This document shows positions 1 through 8,388 of a stretch of DNA of 32,000 nt, one piece after another (position 1 is the stretch's first letter; every line of letters starts with the position of its first letter). Made by a program: the position numbers and the translations under genes. The notes beneath the pieces were generated by a model that saw only the letters and a program-made list of their open reading frames with translations, had not been told where the DNA came from and made no database searches. The stretch covers positions 2,400,001-2,432,000 of the forward strand of contig NZ_CP195536.1 of the NCBI RefSeq assembly GCF_051307035.1, read 5' to 3'. The DNA is from Psychrobacter sp. DM4. GTDB lineage: Bacteria; Pseudomonadota; Gammaproteobacteria; Pseudomonadales; Moraxellaceae.

Positions 1-298
1 TAGTAGTACTATCGTATGAAAACTTCTCATCAAGTATCGCGAGAAATCTGTCTCTATACTCACTATTATCTGCTGCTAATCGATCAATTTGTAATTGCCT
101 ATTATCTAAATTGGACTTGTATAACTTGTGAAGATACCAGTGAGCACCAAAAAAAAATACTATAGCTACGAAATATTCTGGACCTACAGTTTCTAATAGA
201 TTAGACAGAAAATTAGTCACCGCTTCAACCTTACCAGTGCTACCTTCTGCTAACTCGGTCTTTTGGGCTACTTCATTTGCAATATCAGTTTGTTCCAC
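1..298 (-). CDS. hypothetical protein, N-terminal part only (gene runs off the left edge); one predicted hydrophobic helix
   Basis: This ORF is absent from the ORF track because it has no stop codon inside the window. The reverse-strand frame is open from the window edge up to a GTG at 298-296, with GAGG about 5 nt upstream. An alternative TTG start lies at 319-317, with an in-frame TGA just beyond it. The translation reads VEQTDIANEVAQKTELAEGSTGKVEAVTNFLSNLLETVGPEYFVAIVFFFGAHWYLHKLYKSNLDNRQLQIDRLAADNSEYRDRFLAILDEKF... I recognise no family. The region is AT-rich. Confidence 0.3.
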   Translation of the reverse strand, partial: MEQTDIANEVAQKTELAEGSTGKVEAVTNFLSNLLETVGPEYFVAIVFFFGAHWYLHKLYKSNLDNRQLQIDRLAADNSEYRDRFLAILDEKFSYDSTT

Positions 299-705
299 TC
301 GTACCTCTGCATAAAACAAATCTCATATAAGCCTCTTGTAGATCAAGTATATAACAGTAAGCTAATTATAATTGTAACTAATATATTTTTCTATTACGGT
401 AGAGTAATAGAAAATATGAATTTTCATAGCTTTCTAACGGAAAATAACCAGAGGTATTATAGAACTATAGTTCATTAATTAATAGTTGTTTTGCTAATAT
501 TACCATATTATCGCTTGTTTCGTGCAAAACACTATGACTCTAAAGTAGCCTATAACAGCTATAACAGCGTAATACATCTAACTATATTCAATCTAGCGCG
601 AGGGACAAGCTGAGTCATTAAAGAACACCGCCCCGTGCATCGCATATTTGCCCATTATTAAAGGACTCCGATGCTGAGGCCATGCTCTTTAAGCTTTTGC
701 TTTAG

Positions 706-3651
706 TTACAACGCTTTTAACTCTTCCATCTGCGCCGTCATCGCGGTCAACTGCCCTTCTAGCTCAGCCAGTTTCGCCTTTTCAGCATCGACCACTTCCG
801 CAGGTGCTTTACTGACAAAGCCTTCATTTCCTAGCTTACGCGCGATGCCCTCTAACTGACCTTTCAACTTATCATATGACTTACCTAAACGTGCTAGCTC
901 AGCCGTTGGATCGATCAGACCTTTCATCGGTACGAGTACACGTAGCTGACCAACCATACTTGATGATGATAGTGGAATCTTTTGATCAGAGCCGTCACCA
1001 CTATTTATAATCTCTAAGCTCTCGACTTTGGCAAGCGCTTTGAACTGGTTTTTGATACGGGATAGACGCGCATCTTCATCGCTAGAGATATTTTGTAGTA
1101 GCACTGGCAGACGTACGGCATTGCCTAGCTTCATCTCACCACGGATGTTACGGACGCTGGCGATCAGCTCTTGTAGCCATGCCATATCCGACTCGATTTG
1201 CTCGCTGATTTGGGCATTATCGGTTTGTGGGTAGTCCGCGATGACGATGCTTTCGGTGTTTTTGCGACCTAATAGTGGCGCGATGGTCTGCCAGATTTGC
1301 TCAGTCAGATACGGCATGATTGGATGGGTGAAGCGCAACGCGGTCTCAAGCACATGCAAGAGGACATAGCGGATTTGTGCTTTGCGCTCGTCCGTCACCG
1401 AGTCATCATTGAGGCTGGCTTTGGCAAGCTCAACGTACCAATCACAATACTCGTTCCAGATGAACTCATAGATGTCTTGGCTGACCATATCGAGGCGATA
1501 CTGGGTAAAATGCTGATGGATGTCTTTGATGCTTGAGTTTAGGCGACTCATAATCCATTTTTCTGGTAATTCCCACACCTCAGGATTAGGCGCTTGGTCG
1601 ATAGGTTTGGCAGTACCTTCGCTATCGACACAGTTCATCAGTACAAAACGGCTGGCGTTCCAGATTTTATTACAGAAGTTACGATAGCCCTCGACACGCT
1701 TTAGGTCAAAGTTGATATCGCGACCCGTACTGGCAAGCGAGGTAAAGGTAAAGCGTAGCGCATCGGTACCAAAGGCTGGAATACCTTCTGGGAACTCTTT
1801 ACGCGTTTGCTTTTCGATTTTGGCCGCGTCTTTCGGGTTCATCATATTGCTGGTGCGTTTTTCTACCAGCGCTTCAAGCTCAATACCATCGATCAAGTCA
1901 ATCGGATCTAAAACGTTGCCTTTCGATTTTGACATTTTTTGACCATTGCCATCACGCACTAGACCATGCACATAAACGGTTTTAAACGGTACTTGCGGCG
2001 TGCCATCTTCGTTTTTCACGAAGTGCATGGTCATCATGATCATGCGCGCGACCCAAAAGAAGATAATGTCAAAACCTGTCACGAGCACGCTGGTTGGGTG
2101 AAAAGTCTCAAGCACGCGCGGATCAGCGTTCGGGTCTGCCCAGTCAAGCGTACTGAATGTCCACAGACCTGAGCTGAACCATGTATCGAGTACATCATCG
2201 TCTTGGCGCAATACGATATCATCGCTTAGATTGTACTTGCTACGTACTTCCGCTTCATCACGGGCAACATAAATCTCGCCCGTCGCATCGTCATACCATG
2301 CAGGGATACGATGTCCCCACCACAACTGACGGCTGATACACCAGTCTTGCAGATCGGTCATCCACGACATATACATGTTTTTGTACTGCGTGGGGACGAA
2401 CTCGATGCTGCCGTCTTCTACCGCGTCAATCGCAGGCTTGGCAAGCTCTTTCACAGCGACATACCACTGATCGGTCAAAAACGGCTCGACGATCGTGCCG
2501 CCACGCTCAGCACGTGGGGCTTTGAATGCATAGTCTTCGATATCTTCTAGCCAGCCCTGCTCGCCTGCTTGCTCGACAAGGAACTTACGCGCGGCAAAAC
2601 GTTCTAAACCAGCATACTCGCTTGGCGTGGTCTCTAATTCTGGCTCACGTGTTTGCAGATCAGGATAGACTTCCATCGATGCTAAGATATTGGCGCGTTC
2701 ATCAAGGATGTTAATCAATGGCAAGTCATGACGACGACCCAACTCATAATCGTTAAAATCATGGGCAGGAGTAATTTTGACACAGCCCGTACCAAAGTCT
2801 TTTTCGACATAATCATCAGCGACGATAGGCACGACGCGACCCGTAATTGGCAAGGTAATGGTTTTGCCGACTAAATGCGCATAACGCTCATCACTAGGAT
2901 TGACTGCGACAGCCGTATCACCCAATAAGGTCTCAGGACGTGTGGTTGCTACGACCAGATAGTTTTTACCATCTTGAGTCAGCAGCTCTGTATCCGTGAA
3001 ATGATAGCGGAAATGCCATAAGCTGCCTTTTTCATCGTGGTTTTCTACTTCTAAATCAGATAATGCGGTTTGGAACTTAGGATCCCAGTTGACCAAACGC
3101 TTACCACGATAGATAAGGCCATCGTCGAACAGACGTACGAACACTTCTTTTACCGCATTGGACAGACCATCATCCATGGTAAAGCGCTCACGCGACCAGT
3201 CAACCGAGCTGCCCAAGCGGCGAATTTGGCTGGTGATATTGCCGCCCGACTCTTCTTTCCATTCCCACACTTTATCGATGAAGTCTTCACGCGTCATGTC
3301 ACGGCGCTTGATACCTTGCGCTTCCAGACGGCGCTCAACGACCATTTGGGTGGCGATACCTGCATGATCCGTACCGGGCTGCCACAGCGTATTGTCACCA
3401 TCCATGCGGTGGTAACGGGTGAGCGCATCCATGATCGCGTTATTAAAACCATGACCCATGTGCAAGCTACCCGTGACGTTCGGCGGTGGTAGTGCGATAG
3501 AAAATGACTCGTCTTTATCAAACGTCGGCTGAAAATAGCCGCTGTCTTCCCAGCCTTGATACATGCCTGCTTCGACTTTGGCAGGGTTATAGGCGTTTTC
3601 AAGTTGGCTTAAGGCCGCTTGAATAGATTGGGTTAAGGTGCTATTGCTCAT
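706..3651 (-). CDS. valS: valine--tRNA ligase
   Basis: The ORF is 981 aa. It carries the class I aaRS HIGH-type motif ([14 protein letters not shown]) and a KMSKS motif ([10 protein letters not shown]). The C-terminus is a coiled coil ([24 protein letters not shown]), typical of ValS. Length and overall sequence fit bacterial ValS. Confidence 0.97.
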   Translation of the reverse strand: MSNSTLTQSIQAALSQLENAYNPAKVEAGMYQGWEDSGYFQPTFDKDESFSIALPPPNVTGSLHMGHGFNNAIMDALTRYHRMDGDNTLWQPGTDHAGIATQMVVERRLEAQGIKRRDMTREDFIDKVWEWKEESGGNITSQIRRLGSSVDWSRERFTMDDGLSNAVKEVFVRLFDDGLIYRGKRLVNWDPKFQTALSDLEVENHDEKGSLWHFRYHFTDTELLTQDGKNYLVVATTRPETLLGDTAVAVNPSDERYAHLVGKTITLPITGRVVPIVADDYVEKDFGTGCVKITPAHDFNDYELGRRHDLPLINILDERANILASMEVYPDLQTREPELETTPSEYAGLERFAARKFLVEQAGEQGWLEDIEDYAFKAPRAERGGTIVEPFLTDQWYVAVKELAKPAIDAVEDGSIEFVPTQYKNMYMSWMTDLQDWCISRQLWWGHRIPAWYDDATGEIYVARDEAEVRSKYNLSDDIVLRQDDDVLDTWFSSGLWTFSTLDWADPNADPRVLETFHPTSVLVTGFDIIFFWVARMIMMTMHFVKNEDGTPQVPFKTVYVHGLVRDGNGQKMSKSKGNVLDPIDLIDGIELEALVEKRTSNMMNPKDAAKIEKQTRKEFPEGIPAFGTDALRFTFTSLASTGRDINFDLKRVEGYRNFCNKIWNASRFVLMNCVDSEGTAKPIDQAPNPEVWELPEKWIMSRLNSSIKDIHQHFTQYRLDMVSQDIYEFIWNEYCDWYVELAKASLNDDSVTDERKAQIRYVLLHVLETALRFTHPIMPYLTEQIWQTIAPLLGRKNTESIVIADYPQTDNAQISEQIESDMAWLQELIASVRNIRGEMKLGNAVRLPVLLQNISSDEDARLSRIKNQFKALAKVESLEIINSGDGSDQKIPLSSSSMVGQLRVLVPMKGLIDPTAELARLGKSYDKLKGQLEGIARKLGNEGFVSKAPAEVVDAEKAKLAELEGQLTAMTAQMEELKAL

Positions 3652-3875
3652 AGTTTTATCTTTTAGTAGTAAGGTCTATAAAAGTAGACAAAATAAGTGG
3701 TAGAGTGATTTTAACGCAGATAGCTAGATTTTGTTAGGTGCTAAGATGATTTATGAGTCGATTGAGCCTCACTTAACATTCAACAACAGCAATGACTCTA
3801 ATAGTCAACACAACCCTGAGCGCAACCCTCTACACTAGCAGCCTATTATAGAGCCCTTTATCAAGCGAGCATACC

Positions 3876-4877
3876 GTGACCCAAGAGAGTAAACAGACCG
3901 AGACCCGCGAGCCACTCACATCAGAGCATCTAGTGGATGGCGCTGATGGTACTGTAGATAACGACGACTTGCCGGCGCAGATTAGTGACGCGGATAAAGA
4001 GACGATAAAACGCGTCGCAAGCGATGACAATCTAAGCCAGGCCAAGAGTTACGCGAGCATCTTGGTCGAGCAAGTTATCGACGCCAAGGAGACATTTGAT
4101 CGCTCTTTGGGTTCACTATTTACCAGCGCCTTTACCGCAGGGCTGGAGATTGGCATCAGCTTTTTTGTTATTCTCTCCGCTTTTGCCCTACTCACCGAGG
4201 TTATGCCCAATAACTTTGCGATGGTGTTATCCTCCTTGCTCTACCCAATAGGCTTTATCATTGTCGTTATCGGTCAGTCTCTGCTATTTACCGAACAGAC
4301 GTCTTTGTTGAGCTTACCTGTCATCAATAAGATTGAGCCTGTGAATAAATTGCTGCGGCTGTGGGGCATTGTTATCGCAGGTAACGTGGTCGGTGGCTGT
4401 TTGTTCGCAGCCTTGATGATCGGTTTGGGTCTCAATATGCATCTTTTTAGCGCAAGTGACATCGATGCTTATGCCGAGCATATTTTGGGATTTCGTTGGT
4501 GGGTTATCTTTGGCAGTGCGGTACTGGCTGGCTGGATGATGGGGATTGCCGCTTGGCTGGTCACCTCGGCGCGCGATACGATTAGCCGCATTGTGCTGGT
4601 CACTTTGATTACCGGTAGCATTGGTTTTTTGGGGCTACATCATAGTATCGTCGGCAACATTGAGATATTCTCCGCCCTACTTTATGGCAATACCGTTAGC
4701 CTTGGGCGCTACTTGGTATTTTTGGTCGTTGTACTCGCAGGAAATACGGTCGGCGGCGTGGTGTTCGTGGCGGTACTCAAAAACCGCACTTTCTTATTCG
4801 ATATTGCCAAAGCCAAAGAGCAAGATAAAGAGGCGCATCTCGATAGCGTTGCCCGTATCAATGGTCGCAAGCGCTAA
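3876..4877 (+). CDS. formate/nitrite transporter (FNT) family protein, YfdC-like, with an acidic N-terminal extension of about 60 aa
   Basis: The ORF is 333 aa with a polytopic membrane core. It has FNT-like motifs: GQSLLFTEQT and two GN(V/T)VGG loops (AGNVVGG, AGNTVGG). The start is a GTG and there is no internal Met for more than 100 codons. The start site is therefore uncertain. Confidence 0.65.
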   Translation: MTQESKQTETREPLTSEHLVDGADGTVDNDDLPAQISDADKETIKRVASDDNLSQAKSYASILVEQVIDAKETFDRSLGSLFTSAFTAGLEIGISFFVILSAFALLTEVMPNNFAMVLSSLLYPIGFIIVVIGQSLLFTEQTSLLSLPVINKIEPVNKLLRLWGIVIAGNVVGGCLFAALMIGLGLNMHLFSASDIDAYAEHILGFRWWVIFGSAVLAGWMMGIAAWLVTSARDTISRIVLVTLITGSIGFLGLHHSIVGNIEIFSALLYGNTVSLGRYLVFLVVVLAGNTVGGVVFVAVLKNRTFLFDIAKAKEQDKEAHLDSVARINGRKR

Positions 4878-4923
4878 GCTAGCTTATTGGCTCAACTTTT
4901 AGTTGTCTCACTTATAATAATGT

Positions 4924-4977
4924 AAAAGCCCTACGTCATAGCAGATTTTGCTATAACGTAGGGCTTTTTATTTTTAT
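4924..4977. terminator. bidirectional rho-independent terminator between convergent genes
   Basis: AAAAGCCCTACGT (4924-4936) pairs with ACGTAGGGCTTTT (4957-4969). An inner ATAGCA/TGCTAT extension lengthens the stem. An A-run lies on the left and TTTTTATTTTTAT on the right. The hairpin sits between the stop codons at 4877 (+) and 4993 (-). Confidence 0.8.
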
Positions 4978-4992
4978 GCTAATAAATGAGTA

Positions 4993-5898
4993 TTAAGCCG
5001 CAAGCGCGCCTTCTCTTTTAAACTTAGCGCTAAAGACTCTAACCATAATACCTGCGGTCAAGAACATAATAAGCGTATAAATCGCAGGCGTCATCGACAT
5101 ATCGTAGTTGGATAACAAGGTCAATGCCATGAAGATCGACAAGGTACTGTTTTGCAAGCCAACTTCCATAGTGATAGACGTTCTTTGCGATAAATTTAAT
5201 CCGAACCACTTGCTGCTGTAATAACCGATTGCCATTGTCACAAGGTTAAGTATCAAAGAGACAGGCCCTGTATTAATAAAGGCATCAACAATGATATCTC
5301 GCTGCACGTAGCTCAAAAACACTACTAAAAAGGTCAAAAAGGTCACGCCAAAACGCGAGACCAATACCTGTGAGCTATCAGCAACTTTTGGCGCAAAACG
5401 CTTAATCAACATGCCAATACTAATAGGCAAAATGGTGATGACAAATAAAGAGACCATGGTCTTTATGATAGGCAGTTGAAACTCACTACCCGCACCCATA
5501 AAGTGAATCAGCGAAAAGCTCAATACGATAGGGATCGTAAATACTGTGACCACACTAGCAATCGCCGTCATCGTGACGGATAAGGCGACATCGCCTTTGG
5601 CCAAAAAGGTAAACAAGTTGGAGGTCGTGCCGCCAGGACAAAGCACAAGGAGCATCACGCCAACTGCATATTCAGGTCGTAGTGGCATAATATTGGCTAA
5701 GGCAAAACCTATGATAGGCAATAAGATTAGCTGATTGGTGAGACCAATGCCCACCGCTTTTGGATACTTCAAGACCCGTTTAAAGTCTTTGGTAATAAGG
5801 GTCATACCCATACCCATCATGATCAAAAACAGACAGATAGGAATAACAACAGAATTGACTAAGGTGACTAACTGAACACTTTCCATAACTACATCCAT
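4993..5898 (-). CDS. bile acid:sodium symporter (BASS/SBF) family transporter
   Basis: The ORF is a 301 aa polytopic membrane protein. It has the LVLCPGGTTSN signature typical of the SBF/BASS family. The start could instead be the Met 4 codons downstream (MESVQ). Confidence 0.75.
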   Translation of the reverse strand: MDVVMESVQLVTLVNSVVIPICLFLIMMGMGMTLITKDFKRVLKYPKAVGIGLTNQLILLPIIGFALANIMPLRPEYAVGVMLLVLCPGGTTSNLFTFLAKGDVALSVTMTAIASVVTVFTIPIVLSFSLIHFMGAGSEFQLPIIKTMVSLFVITILPISIGMLIKRFAPKVADSSQVLVSRFGVTFLTFLVVFLSYVQRDIIVDAFINTGPVSLILNLVTMAIGYYSSKWFGLNLSQRTSITMEVGLQNSTLSIFMALTLLSNYDMSMTPAIYTLIMFLTAGIMVRVFSAKFKREGALAA

Positions 5899-6161
5899 GT
5901 AGATAAGACCATTATATCGGTCTGTTTATGAGAGCTGCGCGGTGTACTACATCTTGTACCTATCTCGATAGGTTAGAGTAGCAAATTAGTATAGCGTCGT
6001 TACAACTTAAGTATTGAGCTGATTAAGTTACTGCTCAGTCAGTTATAGGATTTGGCAAAGAGAATCTTTAAATAGGAGAAGGAGTGAAAGGATAGATATA
6101 AGCCTGTAGCTTTAAGGCTTTTAACTTCAAGAGTAAATGAGCACAGCTAGCGAGTGGTCGT

Positions 6162-6632
6162 TTAAGTCGTTTCGGTACTGGTGACCGCAGTCCCATAAGC
6201 GATGGCCTCGACCATGCTACCGAGCTGATTGATGTTAGTGACCTCTAAACGCAGACCATAGACATGATTGTAGCCTTTAATTTTTGCTTCAATACGCATA
6301 CGCACTAATGCTTCGCGGCGCGCGCGATCCAATAAGGTCTCATAAGTGGTCAAGTTTTTGCCAAATAGGTTGAGCACCTTGGCGATGACCATTTTGAAAT
6401 AGTCCTGCGCGATAACGACACTACCGAGCACCAGCTCGCCCTGTGTCCCTGTCGCCAGAGTTGGACGATAAAAACGCTCGCTTGATACGACAATATAACG
6501 CAGCTCTTTTTCTGATACTTGCAAGCGCGCTAAATGCTGGCGCTCATGACGCGTACCAAAAAACCACCCTACTATAAATAGAATAAGCAGTGGCGCGTAA
6601 TTGATAAGGAGTTGGCTTATGGAGGTGTTCAT
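6162..6632 (-). CDS. YbjQ/UPF0145-like (heavy-metal-binding domain) protein with an N-terminal membrane anchor
   Basis: The ORF is 156 aa. An N-terminal TM helix (LLINYAPLLILFIVGWFFG) is followed by a YbjQ-like core (GSVVIAQDYFK...GKNLTTYETLLDRARREALVRMRIEAKIKGYNHVYGLRLEVT...AYGTAV). This core is colinear with the paralog immediately upstream. Confidence 0.6.
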   Translation of the reverse strand: MNTSISQLLINYAPLLILFIVGWFFGTRHERQHLARLQVSEKELRYIVVSSERFYRPTLATGTQGELVLGSVVIAQDYFKMVIAKVLNLFGKNLTTYETLLDRARREALVRMRIEAKIKGYNHVYGLRLEVTNINQLGSMVEAIAYGTAVTSTETT

Positions 6633-6697
6633 GGACTCTCTCTTGTCTTAAAACCCTCGCCGTTTTGACATACTCAGCACTAGAGCCTTAAGAAAAT

Positions 6698-7159
6698 TTA
6701 TTCGCCAAAAGGGTTAAAACGTGGCAGATCATCATTTGGGGTTTGCACTGGGTTCGGCTGGGTCTGTGTCGTTTGCCACTCTTGTCCCGTTTGGTTTTGA
6801 TCTGATGGGTTGTGAGGCGACTGTGCCCGCTGCTGCATGGGAATCGCTTTAACCGCTGTGCCATAAACGAACAGCTCAGAGGCACCTTGGGCAATACTAG
6901 AGGTCGAAAAGCGCAAACCGACGACCGCATCAGCGCCGAGGGCTTCTGCTTTTACAATCATGCGATCTATTGCTTCTTGGCGCGATTCTTCTAGCAGTTC
7001 GGTATAGGCCGTCAGCTCGCCACCGACGATGTTTTTGAGACCTGCAAACAGATCTTTACCGACATGTTTTGAGCGCACGGTACTGCCGTACACCACATCT
7101 AAGCGCTCAGTGATCTGGTAGTTCGGTAAGTGCTCAAGGTTTGAGAGTTGTACCGCCAT
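6698..7159 (-). CDS. YbjQ family protein (UPF0145) with a Q/P/N/T-rich C-terminal tail
   Basis: The ORF is 153 aa. Residues 1-105 match the YbjQ pattern (VYGSTVRSKHVGKDLFAGLKNIVGGELTAYTELLEESRQEAIDRMIVKAEALGADAVVGLRFSTS...VYGTAVKA). The last 48 aa or so are low complexity (QQRAQSPHNPSDQNQTGQEWQTTQTQPNPVQTPNDD). Confidence 0.8.
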   Translation of the reverse strand: MAVQLSNLEHLPNYQITERLDVVYGSTVRSKHVGKDLFAGLKNIVGGELTAYTELLEESRQEAIDRMIVKAEALGADAVVGLRFSTSSIAQGASELFVYGTAVKAIPMQQRAQSPHNPSDQNQTGQEWQTTQTQPNPVQTPNDDLPRFNPFGE

Positions 7160-7233
7160 GATAGTGCCTCTTTGATAACTTGTAGCGTTAAACGGGTAGC
7201 GTTAAATAGTAGCGACTGCTGCTATAAATAAGG

Positions 7234-7788
7234 TTAGTCGTTGGTATGAAATAACAAAAAAAGCTCGGTTAAATTGCTTTCAATGCCATTGACCATCTGT
7301 GCCATGTTGTCCTCATCAGCGCGCATTTGCGCCAGCTCAGGATCTTCATCATCGATGCCGCTAAGGACGATCATAGGTAGAGTCAATACCGCTACATCCT
7401 CCGCCGTCTCCTCATCCTCAAACCAGTCTTTGGCGTCGTCACCATACATAGCATCGACGAATCCTATTGACCAAGCGACGATATCTGATTCATCAGAAAA
7501 ATCAATAGCTGCCTCATCACTGCTATTTTCTTCATTGAAAGGCAACGTGATCGGTGTCTCATTTTTGAGCTCAGCTAAGATAGCAGCGCGCCAGCGCTTG
7601 ATACCATCGACGACATTCGCTGGAATCTCACTGATGTGACCCTCAAACAAAGCCTCGATCCAATTGGGTAGTTCAGGACCTACGATAGTCGCCGTCAAAA
7701 ACCCATGAGTGGCGATACTATCAAGCACAAACTGGCTTTCTTGGTTGTCGAGATAATCTAGTAATTGATCAAAACTTAGTGCGTCCAT
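7234..7788 (-). CDS. UPF0149 family protein (YgfB/YecA N-terminal-like)
   Basis: The ORF is 184 aa and acidic. The N-terminal pattern ...DSIATHGFLTATIVGPE... is characteristic of UPF0149. Confidence 0.6.
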   Translation of the reverse strand: MDALSFDQLLDYLDNQESQFVLDSIATHGFLTATIVGPELPNWIEALFEGHISEIPANVVDGIKRWRAAILAELKNETPITLPFNEENSSDEAAIDFSDESDIVAWSIGFVDAMYGDDAKDWFEDEETAEDVAVLTLPMIVLSGIDDEDPELAQMRADEDNMAQMVNGIESNLTELFLLFHTND

Positions 7789-7957
7789 AATAGGATTGTC
7801 CTTAATCGATAACGGGTTGGTAAGCTCAAAATTGCTACAGCATTAACCATGTAAGTCGTTCGTGTTAGTATGCATTGAGCTTAACACAGTTCAGTTTCGA
7901 GCAAATCAGATAAAGGGTATGGCGATTAGTAGAGATAACTGATCGTTAGAGTATTGA

Positions 7958-8188
7958 TCACTCCTCATCCCAGTCATCGCCATCTTCATCAAAATCGTCA
8001 AGATCATCCATCTCATCTTTTAGCTCTTTGGCTAGGCGCTTTTCTTCTAATAAATTGTCAATCAAACGGCGTTTCTCCAAACTACTCAGACGAGTACGAA
8101 CGCTAGTCTCCGCCTCTTCTACCATCTTTGCATCATCATCGTCAACGAAATCATCATCAAAATCGTCGTCAATATCAGCATCACTCAT
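7958..8188 (-). CDS. small highly acidic protein with a central charged helix (resembles the PA3496-type small protein family)
   Basis: The ORF is 76 aa. Both termini are D/E runs (DADIDDDFDDDFVDDDD ... DDLDDFDEDGDDWDEE). They flank the core LSSLEKRRLIDNLLEEKRLAKELKDE. The family assignment is from memory of that core motif and has not been verified. Confidence 0.5.
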   Translation of the reverse strand: MSDADIDDDFDDDFVDDDDAKMVEEAETSVRTRLSSLEKRRLIDNLLEEKRLAKELKDEMDDLDDFDEDGDDWDEE

Positions 8189-8388
8189 GACAAGCTCCTA
8201 TTATTATTGGGTAGAGGTTAAAACGTACTGGTAATCAAATATTATATGGGGTGTTACATACTTTAGTATTTATCTATATGACAAAATACATCGCTATATA
8301 TATGCCTTATAAGGTCTCAGTGTAGCCTTGTCAATGCTTTTCGGCGCTTGCATGCTTTTAGTAGTCAATATTGTCTTAGCCATAACTA

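Noticed and set aside
263-478. 71-aa ORF on the + strand (MGYFICNISLF...)
   Set aside because: It has a TTG start, an extremely AT-rich low-complexity sequence, no RBS and no recognisable fold features. It lies in what looks like the non-coding upstream region of the partial minus-strand gene.
551-568. 9-bp tandem duplication TATAACAGC x2
   Set aside because: Two copies of a 9-mer in AT-rich DNA are easily explained by chance or slippage. I note it only as context for the left-edge finding.
671-3602. Numerous 60-140-aa ORFs overlapping valS on either strand (for example 3070-3492 + and 3294-3602 -)
   Set aside because: These are shadow ORFs inside a long, well-supported gene. They have skewed, Ser/Arg/Ala-rich or low-complexity translations and no independent signals. 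The same reasoning applies to the track ORFs nested in the FNT, BASS, YbjQ, UPF0149, acidic-protein, Smp-like, DUF368, SCP2-domain, NlpC/P60-like, 16578 membrane protein, bioB, rph, fadD, parC, hemerythrin-like, photolyase, HAD and PotD/F genes.
6100-6120. Hairpin AAGCCT-n9-AGGCTT downstream of the anchored YbjQ paralog, as a terminator
   Set aside because: The stem is only 6 bp, the loop is 9 nt, and no U-tract is present on the relevant (minus) strand.
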